In this document: positions 40,616 through 54,184 of the stretch, piece by piece
Numbering within the stretch: the first letter of the stretch is position 1
Layout of the letters: each line of letters starts with the position of its first letter
Origin: Chara braunii
Lineage: Eukaryota > Plantae > Charophyceae
DNA length: 64,000 bases
Direction: 5' to 3'
NCBI GenBank assembly: GCA_003427395.1
Contig: BFEA01000024.1
Span: forward strand, 1,833,563 to 1,897,562
Notes under the pieces: model-generated
Told to the model about the DNA's origin: nothing
The model's database searches: none
The model's input: only the letters and a program-made list of their open reading frames with translations
Made by a program: the position numbers and the translations under genes

Positions 40616-43600
40616 CCCGGGCGGACCCGGTACACTTGGTGGTCGATCAGGAGGAAGGTCGATAGGTGTCTATCCTAGTAATGTTGGAAATCGAAATTCT
40701 ATGCATAGTGTGTGTCTACGCCCCTAACATGGTGAGTGAGAGGAGAACCTTCCTCGATAATCTTAAGACGCCAATCCTGGATGGGGTGCCGGTCATCATA
40801 GTAGGAGACTGCAATGCAGCCTCGGATCGGTGGATGGATAGATGGCGGACGCCCTCCCCCACCCCGACGTATGTAGAAGAGGATGAACGGATAATTAATA
40901 ACTTGTGTCTCTCACTAAAAGTATTCGACTCCTTCTAGAAATTAAAACTCGATACAAGGTTATATTCATGTCTACGGAAGACTGAAACCGAGAGCCAGAC
41001 GAGATCCCGGATCGACTTAATCATGATCTCAGAAGACATGGAAGGCGCGCTGCTCCTGGCAGCAATCTTGCCCGCTAACCCATATCCGGGCATTGATCAT
41101 AAAATTTGTACGGTCATTTTGTCTTTGAGGAATAAACCCGACCGAGGACCGGACTTCTACAAACTCAATACAACTATCTTAAACCAAAAACTCTTTCAAA
41201 GTTATATTAAGGATTGTTGGACATTTTGGCATACGCAAAAGCAAAACATTCAACAGAAAATTGACTGGTTTAACAACGGTCTATTCTATCTGGGTAAAAA
41301 ATGTCAAGAATATTCCAAAACACTAACAGCTAAAAAACATCAACAGAGATGGAAATCCATAAAAAATTGCAACAACTGGAACGACAAGATTCATCCAACA
41401 GCTCGCACAATGACCAACATATACAACCAGAAGAGGAGTTCGAGGCGCAGAGGCTGCAACAACAACTCCAGTCCTTTGACACACAAAGGTGGGAGGGTAC
41501 ACGCATAAGAGGAAGACTTAATAAATTCCAAACAAAAGAAACAATGGATAAAAAATTATTTAGTATAGCCCGACTCTGTTCACATAGAACAACCATAGAA
41601 GCACTATACGGCCCGCGGTCTGGACACCGGGACATTGTCACCTCCTCCCCCCACTGCACGCCGATAGCCAGATCCTTTTTCAAAGATTTGTTCACCTCAA
41701 GGTGTGCCCAGCGGGAGAAGAACGTCAGGGTGAAAGAAATAGAGGAGGTTATGAAACCATTGGGGAAGACCTTGACGAGCCAGCAGAGAACCGTCTTAGA
41801 TCGCCCCCTATCCAAGGAGGAAATCTGGATGGCGATGATGCAGATGGATGAAGAGAAGACGCCGGGTATAGATGGGTTTCCTACAAAAATTTGGGAGGCT
41901 TTCTAGACCCTCATGACTCCGGACCTTATGATTTTTTATCATCAGGTGTGGGAAACAGGATGGATGGGGGAGTTGGTAGGACAAGGCGTTCTGACCTTGT
42001 TACATAAAAAAGGGGACAAGATGGACATCAGGAATTACTGCCCGATAACTTTGCTCACAATCATTTGCAAAATGTTTGCAAAAGCTCAGGCGAACCATCT
42101 AATTCCGGTCTTGGATGACATTATTCACCCGACGTAGACCGGGTTGGTCAAAGGACGCAGGATCCAGGGTAATATCCTGTTAGTCAATGAGTTTCTTAAA
42201 CTAACAAGGCAAGACAAGCGAAATGCCACCATAGTCTTCATCGCCTTCGAAAAAACGTATGACCATGTCGACTGGCTTTTTTTGGACAAATGTATGGAGA
42301 AAATGAACATCAGACCATACTTCCGGCGTTGGACTGGTATACTCCATAAAAATGCTGCAATGAGTGTCTAGTTTAGTGGTAGGATTGCACCATCCTTCCC
42401 GCTGCAACGGTCAGTCCGCCAAGGGGACCCTCTGACCCCTTTCCTCTTTATAATAGTAATGGAGGCGCTGACAGCAAACCTTCGCGCTAACAAAGACTTG
42501 AAGATGTTGCAGATCTCGAACATCGCGGACGACGCGATCCCCGTTTATTGTTCGCGGATGACCTTTCCCTCATGATTGACGCCACTGCAGCAAACATGGA
42601 AGAAATCAAGCTGCTCTTCGACCGATTTACAATGGTCTCAGGCATGGTTGTCAATTGGGGAAGCAAAACCTTGGGATGGTGGATCCACCATCAAGGGGTG
42701 CGCCCCCCGGAGTCGCCACATGTTAAATGGCTTCCGGAAACGGCCCCAATTAAAGTACTATGAATTATGTTGACGGCTTTAGGCAAGCCTGCATCAAATA
42801 ACGAGTGGATCCTTAAGCCCGCCCTAGAGAAACTGGCTCGCTGGAAAGACCAACACACCTCCCTTATAGGCAGGGCGTTGGCGATCAACAGTGTACTGTT
42901 GGCGGCCCTTTGGTATAAATCTGCAATCTAGGCCCTCAGTAAAGAGGCCGTCAGATCACTAAAGAAACAACTAACGACCTTGCTGTGGAGAGGCAACGGC
43001 GAGCTTCAGAACGTGATTAGCAGAGAAGCCTGGGCATCGGTAATCCAGCCAAAGATAAAGGGGGCCTAGGGATCCTGAACCCGGATAGTACGCGGATACC
43101 CATTGTAGCACTAATTGTTCAATGGGTGAGGAGATTGTTCTTCACCCACCACCTTCCATGGTATGCCTTGGCGTTGGAACAGATAGCACGTCTCGCCCCA
43201 CAAGCACCTCAAGGGGTTAACCCACTAATTTGGCTGGACGACCGTTTCTGGACTGTGCCAAGGTGCCCCTGAACAGACCGAGCCCCATCCCGAGACGGAG
43301 CCCGCTCATACTTGGTCAGGGATGATTTTTGGGTGCGGGTCTTGAAGGCTTGACGCCAACTCCCGTTGCCTGACAGGCCTTCGCCGATAAGGTGGGAGGA
43401 GGTGATGCGCCAGCCTCTTTTCAGGAACAAGAGGATTACTGACAGACACGATAGGGTATATTGTAGCTCGGACACCCCATGGAGCGGTTGGGTAAAAAAA
43501 GGCATAATCCAAATAAAGGACACATGAGTCACAAAAAAAGGGGACTGGAAAACAACGCCGCAGTTAAAGATCGTACTAAAACATTGCCACAAGGTCCAGG

Positions 43601-44734
43601 AAAATCTAGACCTGCATATTTTTGCGGCTCCCCTGGCCTGGGTGCGTATACTGCGCAGAGGGCCGCAATTAACAGAAGGGGATTGGGTAGCCACCCCGGG
43701 GGACCCGGAAAGTGTAGGCAACGTGGTAGAGGTGCGAACAGATGAGACGCTGGTCAACCTTTTCCACATAGACAAGGATAATATCCTCACCCGATATAAC
43801 CCAGAGGCAATGAGATGGTTCAAAAATTTGGACCTGCACAGGTTCCGGGTGCTGCGAGAAAAAAATGTGTGGGTAGCTTACCAGAGAAAGACCCCCGTGA
43901 TAGAACTCTCCTTCGACCCCGATGAATGGCAGTGGGCCCCTCCGCGAAAATCTAAAACAGGTGAGGACCGATAGTTGTACACTTTGACGGTGAAGGGCAC
44001 ATACCGGCTGGTACGACCAAAGGTGAACATAAAAGAAAAGGTGAAGGCTCGATGGAGGTCTCACTTGAATATAGGAATGGAGACACTCCGCCCCATCCAA
44101 TGGTTCACCGCCACAAGGTCTACGCCAGCGAAGACGGCCTCGATGCAGTGGTAGATCGAACATCGTTGACTGCCCACAAATAATTGGTTGATAGAGCGTA
44201 CACAGCTGGAGCAAAAGGGGCAGGCGTTACCATGGTGTAAATCGTGCCACACTGCATTCCCTTCCCACGGAATTCCGGAAATCATAGAACATATATTCAT
44301 GCAGTGTTCAGGGGCAGTTCTCACGTGGCGATGGTGAGACAAGATTTGGACCCTACTGGCCATGGGATTGGAGGGCCATACTATGTGAAGCATGGTCCTC
44401 CCCAACTAAAAATACTTTTGAAAACAACATGTTCAGGTTAAGGAGAAGGGCAGTGATGTAGGCCCTCTGGAGAAAACGCTGCACACACACCATTGAGGGT
44501 GTCCGCATAGAAGGGAAAGAGGTAAGCGAGACAATAAAGCAATATATTCAGCAAGAACTCATGGTACAGTGGCAGAAGATAAAAAACCGGCTCGACCTGT
44601 TGCACTCAGCACAAGATATAACACGAGCAATTCATCAATTCTCTGGGAACTGGTTGGGCAGTGAGATGGGGGCTGGATTGCAGGTGTTAGATGGGATGAA
44701 AAGCCTGCCCAGGGGTGCAACCAGGAGGAGTTCA

Positions 44735-45008
44735 GGAGAGACTACCGGATCTGCTTCAAGAATTGGAATACACTGGGTCAGGAAATCCCACTGAGACCTG
44801 CAACAGATTTTTCGGACCCCTTCCCCCCTCGCCAACTGGCAATGGTGGATATACAATGGTATGGAGCGGATAGGAGAGACTACCGGATCTGCATCAAGGA
44901 TTGGACTACAGTGGGTCAGGAAATCCCACCGAGACCTGCAACAGTTTTTCCTGACCCCTTCCCCCCTACCAGCTGGAAATGGTGGACATGCAATGGTATG
45001 GAGCGGAT
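44735..45008. repeat. ~138-bp tandem duplication in the LINE 3' region
   Basis: ggagagactaccggatctgc...ggtatggagcggat occurs twice. Confidence 0.9.
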
Positions 45009-45253
45009 TGAATGGGCAATGCACAACTACGGAGCGGACTAGTACAGTTGAATGAATAAATAGAAAGCTGGTGGGGTAACGAAGTTGGTTGTGGCAGAAA
45101 AGGGATGGGAGGAACTAGGGTGTAGCAGCATGTATCTGGCGCCAGGTTCATGGTGAAGAGGCCCCCCCCCCCCCCTCCCCCTCTAAACATCCTGCACAGT
45201 CAATCCCCTAGACTCCAGGGTAATCAATGCAAGCAAATATATTCTGCATCTCT

Positions 45254-45291
45254 CCGTCTCTTATACACATCTAGATGTGTATAAGAGACAG
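45254..45291. other. Nextera mate-pair junction adapter (Tn5 mosaic-end palindrome): assembly artefact
   Basis: CcGTCTCTTATACACATCT-AGATGTGTATAAGAGACAG (one mismatch to the adapter), flanked by a 41-bp duplication (45213-45253, 45292-45332). Confidence 0.97.
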
Positions 45292-45481
45292 CTCCAGGGT
45301 AATCAATGCAAGCAAATATATTCTGCATCTCTTCTTTATGATATGGCTCAAATTATGTCTATGTAAGGGACGCTGGACTCGGTTTCCAGCACGTGTCGCT
45401 CCCACCAATAGATGGAGCCCCCCCAGGTGTTAGCAGTGGCTGCTCTTATCAACATCACTAGCACTGACGAGGAAGTGTTTA

Positions 45482-45533
<52 letters not shown>

Positions 45534-45538
<5 letters not shown>

Positions 45539-45746
45539 TCTGCTTTCCAACCATGCACGCAGAGAGATAGAGAGAGGATACTTTCATCGATAGGATGAGC
45601 ACAATCGGAATGAATCTTCCGCTAGAACATGGAAATATACACTGGCATAATTTTTATTTTTATTTTCTTTGTGTGTCTGTGTGTGTGTGAGAGAGAGAGA
45701 GAGAGACAGAGAGAAAGAGAGAGAACAGGTAAGTATCCAACCTCGC
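45534..45746 (+). mobile_element. Gypsy 3' LTR, part 2
   Basis: Collinear with ~31144-31325. Confidence 0.8.
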
Positions 45747-47445
45747 TGTCGAGCGCATCGGTCTCGCGCCGCGCAGGGCGGGACCCTCCCGACCGCGTCA
45801 CACAAGAGTTGGTTTATTCCTCATCGGGATATACAAGGAGCTTCCGCAAGTCGCTCCGGCCGAGTGCGCCAACCATACCTCTCGCGAGCCCGTACGACAC
45901 GATAGGGCGAATGCGAGGCACGACTTACCTCCACCTTACGGGAGTTGTCACCTCCCTTTGGTGGGCGTATCCCCATCGAGCTACCGGTGCACTGTATGAA
46001 AGCTAATCAATTGCAATCGTAGCGGTGGACCAGCCGAGGGCGTTTCTCGTTCGTTGTAGCATAGGGGGTACACGAGGTTCCACACCTCTATCGGACCCTC
46101 ACGCAAACTGACTCGCTGGGGGCTGAAGTCCCAAGCGCGGCTCGTCGTTGGTCGACTAGGACGTACCTCACTCACCACGCGTACACCACATTAAGAACAT
46201 TAAGAATTAAAACACGCACACACACATACACAAATGAAACGACATAAACAAAACAACGCACACAATCTTAGTCCCTTCAGTAATCATCCTATAGCTCTCC
46301 GACGTCGAAATCGGATATGCGTCACTCGCGAGACTTAGTATAAAACCGCGCGGACGTGGGGTCTTCTCATATCGACTAGCAATGTACGAATACGCAAGCA
46401 GGTGCCCATAATCATGCGGTCCCTCGAAGTCTCGAGGGTCGCATTCGACACTCAAGTGTCGGCTGACACGCGCTTTGAGGGGTTAATCTCTCGACTCTAG
46501 ACAACCACCAAGTGCGGTTGAGAACGACACCCTCTTCTGCATCTTGCGGAGAGTGGGTGGTACACAGGTTCCTACCTGTGGTGACAATCGTCTCTTATTG
46601 CCCTGAAGACCAACTTCATCATCTAGGGCCTGGAGAGAAGTCAAGGGGTTTGACTTTGACGATTGTCACGGACTACAACGTCCAACTATATAAAAACTTC
46701 AAAAAGCGATGGAAAAAAAAAAAAAGATCTCTCTTTTCTCTCAAAACATAATAATCTGTTTAACCTTTACGCACGGTCACAGTAGGTCGCGCAAACACTT
46801 AAAGCATATGTGTTTACATATATAGAGAGGGTTATAAATATGTGACGATCAGTTTTCACAATCACAGTGCGACTCCCCTCAACCATATATATGTATGTGG
46901 TCGCAGACAGTCAAATCCAAAGTCCGAACCACCAAACATATTTGTAATCACATCAAAGATTCAACCAAGAGTCCATGCACTACGCGGGGGCAACTTCAAC
47001 CATTCTTTGTGTCACACCCCTCGCTTTAGCCACACAAACCTCAACCTTAGCACACCCTTCCAGCAATAAAGTACTCGGTGTCTTTGTTAAATGATCATTC
47101 AATAAAGTCCAGGTAAAAACACAACGAAACAAATCAAACTTCAATGATAACAAAAGATGATCCTAGTGGGATAAAGCTGGAACTAATTCAAATCTTGAGT
47201 CAAAACGATCAAAAAGATTTGTACCATGTACCATAAAATGGGTCAATGCTCAAGCTAAATTATCAACATATAGGGAGTGAATCTCCATAGCACATCCTTA
47301 CTCAAAGCTATCTGTCAACTAAGTCTAAGTCTACCCCTAAGCCAATGTCCAATAAAAAGGTAGACCCTTGACAAAGTCTCCCTTATACAGGGTGGGTTGT
47401 CAGAATCGCCACCTGTCAAAATATAGCCTAACTCGTATAAACTAA

Positions 47446-48175
47446 GAAAATTTCGGCAGCGTTTCACGTAGGAAAAGTGCTCTTTCAGAATTTATATTGG
47501 CTTAAGTATAAAAACTGAAATAATATCAAACTCTAAAAAGTCAAGTTTTGTCAAACTCCCTGAATTAGTAAAACTTTGAGCAGCATCTTCTTTAGAAGAG
47601 TAGACTTCCCAGATTTATTCTAAGTCAGATGAGAGTTCAAAGTAAAGTTTGAGTTCGGCTAAGACAAAATTTAACTAACTCCTTAGTTTTGTAGAAATTT
47701 CGGCAGCACTTTCCGTAGAGAAAGTAACTTTTCAAAATTTATACAAAGTTAAGTATAAATCTAGAAATAACTTTGACTTTTCAAAGTTCAATTTTGTTTA
47801 ACTCTCTGATTTAACAAAAATTTGGGCAGCACTCCCTTTAGGAAATGAGACTTTCCAAATTTTTACTAAGCCATACATAAAATTTAGACAAGTTGAACTT
47901 TGAAAAGTCTCCTTCGTTTTGTAGAAATTTCGTCAGCGCTTCCCGTATAGAAAGTAGCTTACCAAGATAAATTTGACTTCTCAAAGTTCAATTTTGTTTA
48001 ACTCTCTGATTTAACAAAAAATTGGGCAGCACTCCCTTTAGAAAATTAGACTTTCTAAATTTTTACTAAGCCATACATAAAATTTAGACAAGTTGAACTT
48101 TGAAAAGTCTCCTTGGTTTGTTAGAAATTTCGGCAGCGCTTCCCGTAGAGAAAGTAGATTACCAAGATTTATACA
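47446..48175. repeat. ~123-bp alternating AT-rich satellite, 7 units (copy 1)
   Basis: Core AAATTTCGGCAGCRCTTCCCGTAGA at ~47455, 47579, 47702, 47825, 47932, 48025 and 48132. Confidence 0.85.
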
Positions 48176-48453
48176 AAGTCAAGTATAAGAAATGATCCCA
48201 GAAAATACGGAAATTGACCTAAGTAAAATAAACTTAGCTAAAAAAATACAGCAATTGAACTAACTCCTATGGTCTCTAGCACATGGCGAGCATCTAAAGC
48301 AACTACCTGTCAAACTGAAACTCATACTAAGTAGTAATCTCACTCAGCCACATGCAAGGTCAAACCATAAAGGTAAGTATTCTCACCAACCCAAAGTTAA
48401 TCTTGTCACAAATTTACTCTTACTTAATACTCTCTTCAAATTGTAATAAGCTG

Positions 48454-48898
48454 TAGTCAGACCACCCAAACTTATGGAACAATGTCTGACTAGCGTGTTC
48501 ATAGATAAAGTAGTAGTAAAATATAGTCAAGTTATAACCTTTTGGTTCCAGCATGTGCGTGACATTGGACCAAGATCACCCAAACTTATGGAACATGTCT
48601 GGTCCTCCGCCTGATTTATTATCTTAATGGTGAAGCAGGAAGAGGTTGAGCCACCCAAACTTAAGGAACATGCTCAGACCTCCTCGTTCAAAACCAAAAG
48701 AAACTGAGAAAACTCAAAAGAAAAAAGGCAACCAAACCACCCAAACTTATGGGACAATGCTTGGTCCCTCAAAAAGTCAACCACAGATAGTCCTCGCAAG
48801 TCAGGGCAACTAGATCACCCGAACTTATTGAACATGTCTGGTCCTCCAGGCAAATCAAAAATAAACATAGCAGTGGGTCTCCCAAAACTTATGGAGAC
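48454..48898 (-). other. Array of 6 constant-loop/variable-stem hairpins (copy 1)
   Basis: CACCCAAACTTATGGAACA(A)T on the + strand, enclosed by unit-specific inverted repeats. Confidence 0.85.
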
Positions 48899-51800
48899 TT
48901 GTCCAACCTTTAATAGACCCAGTCACACACAAGCAACACTGCCTTCCTCCCACCTTTTCCCAGATGCAACCCCTTTCTACAATCTGCCTTAAGTCAGACA
49001 ACAAAACCGAAACTGACATCACACATGCATTCCTTTACTTAAGTTTGAATCATGTCCTGAAAGTCAAACTAAAAGTCAAAGTAGTGGTGCACACAATGTA
49101 CTCAGTCAAAACGTAACAAGAAATGCAGGTAGGGGTTATAACTAGGTTTATAGAAGGAAAGTGAAACCTTTACCTCTTAGTTCCCTGCCTCCAGAACTCC
49201 TCATAAGTTCAAGCAGAGTTCCTGCAATCGGTAGGCCGACCCCCCACAGAGTCTTGCTGGGGTCCTACGTGTTGCAATCTCGCCTGCCGCCGTCCTCTCT
49301 GAACAGGATTAGACTTAGAGTAAGAAAAGCAGAAGGTAAAGGGTTTCAGACGCTCGAGATACAAGAGGGGGACAACTCAACTCCCAGGAGCGGGCCTTGA
49401 AACCGTCATGCGCCTGAGGGACCCGCAATGGCAGTCAAACCGCAACAAGAACAGCCGAAATGTCGTCAGACGCCACGACAATGGCTGAAACTACCCAACA
49501 ACGAGCCTCCTATCACCATAAATCACCGTAATGCTCAGTGACGCAGAATGCCCGCAACAATCGTGCACAATAATAGAGCATCTCAGTAGTAACCAACACC
49601 AATTCAACGCCGCCTCGCAACCATTCTCCCTTCGGTTAGTAGCCCTCAGAAGTCATAACAACCAGACACCACAAAGTCTCGGCTTTCTTGAACTGCAGGT
49701 GTACTTCTCATTTTTCTCTGCTATTTTGCTTTGCACCACCGCCAACGAGACAACCCGTTTGACCGCAGTAGCAGCAACTGGAATAAATGCGGGTCTCGAT
49801 CATGCACACTCGTGTCAAGACTCTAATTCGCAGACTATTGCTCAAAATGCAGTCTGCGATACCTCCTAAGTAAGGTAGCAGTGTTGGCTGAGAAGCCGAC
49901 TTTGAACAATGATATGGATAGTTGCGCCAGTCAACGCGTATGCAGATGTCGGCCGTACAGATTGTCGTCGTGACCAAGTACGTATTCTCACTTCATCATC
50001 CCCGCCTCACCCTCTCTGTACACTTTGCTGACTCATGTGCCCACTGTCCTCGACTTGCTGCAGGCAAGTATCCTACAACCTTTTCCTCTCAGATATTCCC
50101 CTTCAAGCATTTCCCTCATCTTCTTGACTCTTCACTTTCCTTCTCCCAATTCTTACTAACTTGTTTGGCCAAAATCCTCGCTCCATGCATGCGAGGGGGG
50201 GGGGTCAAAGCTATACCCCGGAGTCGACTGATGCACCTGTGGGAGAACGCTAAAAGTAACACAGCAACTAACCATCAGGAGCCACGAGTGTCTCGACACT
50301 CTCCAAGTATGCAAAAAATGTGAATGAACTTCCTCCTGAAAAACTGGTCACGTATGTACCCCGCTTTCCTCATGCATAAAACCATCCTTCATGTTGCTGC
50401 GCTCCCCGACTACCTGCAGTGCCACTCTTTGGAGAAGGTGAGCTCTCTCCCCCTATCACATCTACTTCCTCTCTCACTAGTGAACATTTGTGTGTCGGGC
50501 TTAGCCCAGGTTGATCATGACATGCACCCCGACCGTAGCGTTGTCGGTGTGAATACCCTTACAAGGGTATCCGCCCTGGTTTTGCAAGCGATAGAAAATA
50601 AGTTTGATTTAAGATTTAGGAATATCGCGCGAGGCGCGGCTGTGTCGGTGGTTTACGTTGGCTGAATGGTTGACTAGAGTAGGGAGTGTGTGGGCGCGCG
50701 GATTTGAGGCGCGCGTGATCTTTTTATTTATTGATGATTAAAGTGTCGGCGTGAGCCCCGACCATATTTTTTTTATTTCAGATTAAGTTAGGATTAAAAA
50801 GATTTTGTTTTCTGATTGATGTCCTTACCTGTGATTTGTGCGTACGTGCGGGGGACGACATCGACAACCATGTGAGTTTGAGATTGTTTTGGTAGGTCTT
50901 CGCGTCACACAGTATTGGTTTATTTTAGGTGTCAATCAGAGCTAGACCAAGACTTGGGCCTAGCATTAGCGGTTATGGCGTCGGACTTTCATCAGGGAGA
51001 TTCAGGGATCAAGATATCCCCCTTGGTTTTGTCGTCAGCGGACGCGTCCGTCGTTCTCCAACATCAAAATTTCTCAATTATTTTATTATTTATCATTGCC
51101 TTATTATTGTTCTTATGTGTTGGCATTCCTTGAAACGGACACGGCATCGGATTAACGGGCGTCATGGCGGGCAAAAACCTTGAGCGCGCGCCTCCTTAGG
51201 CTGACCTACGAGTCCCCTGCATACTCGGAATGCCGGTGAAAGTCATCTATTACGCAGTTGTTGAAAACCACGGCGCGGTCAGGGTTTAAGTTCGTTGTTG
51301 CACTTGAGGCAAAAGGGGCCGGTAATGGTGAATGTATATGACCTACGCTTCGGGCCCGGCGAGATCGAGTGGGGGTGTGTTGTATCCGTAGGACGACCTG
51401 GAGTGCGACTACAAACTGCTCTCGTGATTGCGCCGAAGTTACCCCGTGGCGGCCACGTCCGTGCTCAAGCCCCCAATAAGGGAACATGCGGGAGCCGTAC
51501 CCACCAACAAGTGCGATACCTGCTACAACAAGCAGGTGATACGGGCCAGGTGTCGGCCGATAGCATCAGGGTCGGGCTTCTCCGATGGGTCAATCACGGT
51601 GCCTCTCCTCAGGTCCCCTCCCCCTATGAGCACCGAAGCGGTTTCTACTCAATGTCACTCGGGAAGGACCAACGACACATCTCTGGGAAACGGGCGTGGG
51701 TCCGGCCAGGCAGCAGCGGGCAGAGCAGATAGCGCAGCGGGCGGCGGGCGCTGGTGAGAAGCGACAGGTGGCTGCGGAGGCAAGGCGAGGCAGCGCAGCT

Positions 51801-52208
51801 ACGGGCTAAGACAGAAAGTGACGGGCGCTGAAGTTGGGAAGCAAGGCAGCGGAGTGATAAGCAGCAAAGGGAGAGGGGCCGAACCTGGCTGCTGAAACGA
51901 GTCGGGTGCATGCGCAGCGAATGAAGGGAGAAGTAGGAGAAAGGGGAGGCGAGCGTGTTCGCTCATCTCTGAGCAGAGAATGATGAGGGAAGGTTCGTAG
52001 CCGAGGTTTTTTGGGCGGGCGACCCCGAATCCAAAGTCGGATTAGAGTAAGGAGGAGTGTAGAGGAAACTAGGAGGAAAATGGTGTGCGTGGGAGATGAC
52101 AGACAGCGAAGGAGGAGGAGAGTGAGACCGGGTTAAATCGGTCATTTTTAGGACCGATTCTAACGATCTAAAGTGCTATATAAAGGTTTTATGGTCGGGC
52201 GACCTCGA

Positions 52209-52306
52209 TGGTAAGGTTAGTTTTAGGAGAGGGTAAGTAGAGTAGGAGGTCAGTGAGTGGTAAGGTTAGTTTTAGGAGAGGGTAAGTAGAGTAGGAGGTC
52301 AGTGAG
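52209..52306. repeat. Perfect 49-bp tandem duplication
   Basis: tggtaaggttagttttaggagagggtaagtagagtaggaggtcagtgag occurs twice. Confidence 0.9.
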
Positions 52307-52717
52307 AAACGAGGTGCGCCCGGAGATAACAGAAGTTGGAGATGGCAGGGAAGGAAGGATGATATTGCACTTGATCCTCAACGGAATCGAGCAAGGAAAA
52401 TTGTTGCCCAGGGGTTTATGGATGTTGCTATTTCAATGGCGGTATCAGACTGAGGGGTAAGGTTTTGGTTTTCTCGTTTTACTCGTTAGGGACTGCGCCT
52501 AGGAGGAGTCCTTTGGAGTGCATCGTGTGTTTCCACGAATTTAGTGGAAGATTCATTCGATCTGGCCGATCCTATCGATGGGAATAGCGTGTGAAGCTAA
52601 CCGCGAGGTCGGAGACTTACCTGGTGGCCAGGATCCTAAGTAGAGGGGCACATACACCAGAGGAAGGCAGGCGTGGGGTGAGTCGGAGAGCGAGCATGAT
52701 ATCGAGGTACGTGGGCA

Positions 52718-52800
<83 letters not shown>

Positions 52801-54184
52801 AAGAAAGAAAGAACGGGTAGTGAGTACTTAATTTGTCAAGTAGGCGAACCGTAAGTCACACTACGACGACACACTTCGAGGTGGATTAGGGAGATTGGCG
52901 GTGTATCCGTCCTTGCTTTAGCGGAAGATTCTTTCCGATCTGATATGGTCCGGAAATAAAGGAGCGTTAGCGGAGTAGAAAGTGAGTGGGCTCTTATCTG
53001 GGATCGAGCTGCGGAGCGAGCCGACCAGGGCTCAAGGACGAAGTGTGCTTTCTCGAATTCTCGAGGGAGGTTCATTATGATTCCACGCAGGCTAACGGTC
53101 GGAGTAGCGGAGGTGTGGGACCAGCAGTGAGATTGGAGGACTGCCTGCCGGACCAAGGCGCTGACCACCCCAACGAGAGGGCGAGCTGAGGGACTGCCGA
53201 CTGACCTGTTGGCCGGTGTGGTGCTCGCCTCATCAGCTGGATAACTACGAGGTTGCGGGCCTAGTCTCTGGTCGGGGTGCCGATTCTCCTGCTGTGTGAG
53301 GTAGTTGGAGACAAGTCGCGAGGTTGCAAACTCACCTATGACCATCGGGCTCGTCGTCACGAGAGCAGCAGGGGATAGCCACAGAGCGTAGGAACTCATA
53401 TGAGGACTGGTGTATTACCTATCCTACCGAGCAGAGTAATAGGAAGGCAAGGGGACAACCGTGGAAGGAGTAAGTCTGTTGAAAAAAGGTTATTGCTAAG
53501 ATTTGAAGGTTCGTCATAAGGAGTAACTTGTGATTGGAAGAAGTGATTGAGCTTGCTTGAATAGAGGGGGGTACTGCTGCGATCTGGAAAGTTGTCAAAA
53601 GAGTCGACAGTTGGTGATCGAGCTTCAGTCGACCAAGCTGTTTTGCACTTTGGCTGCCATTGCAGAGCCCTCAGGCGAGTGAAGATTGCAAGGCCCTCTC
53701 CAGCGAGTTGAGTCAGTCCCTTTCCCGTATCTCGAGAGTCTGAAACCCCTACGTCTGGCCTTCTTACTCCAAGTCTAATCTTGGTTATGAGAGGAAGACA
53801 GCAGGCAGGATCGCAACCCATAGGACCGCAACAAGACTCTGTGGGGAGTCAGCCCACCGATTCCGGGAGCTCTGCCGAAACTCAGGAGGAGTTCTGGAGG
53901 CAGGGAACTGAGAGGTAAAACTTTCTCCTTCCTTCTATAAACCCAGTTATAACCTATATATATATTCCTTGTTGCGTTTTGACTGAGTATATTATTTGCG
54001 TCCTTACTTTGACTTCGAATTTGACTTTCCGGACATGATTCAAACTAAGTAAGGGGATGATTGTGCAAGTTCAATTTCGGTTTCATTGTCTGACTGAAAG
54101 CAGATGGTGGGATTGCATCTGGGGGAAGGATGGGAGGAAGGTAGTTTTGCTTGTGTCTGACTGGGTCAACCAAAGGCTGAGAGA

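Larger units (their letters stand above)
40616..45533 (+). mobile_element. 5'-truncated L1/Tx1-like LINE (APE-RT-zf-RVT), decayed, with (AT)n tail
   Basis: VYAPN, IIVGDCN, SRIDL, DHK; KTPGIDG, NYCPITLL, QGDPL, FADD; C-terminal CKSC...EHIFMQC; inserted at ggaaatata|cact of the LTR motif. Confidence 0.92.

Noticed and set aside
45213-45332. 38-bp palindrome flanked by 41-bp direct repeats, resembling a mini-transposon
   Set aside because: It is the Nextera mate-pair junction adapter (Tn5 mosaic ends), so a library/assembly artefact.
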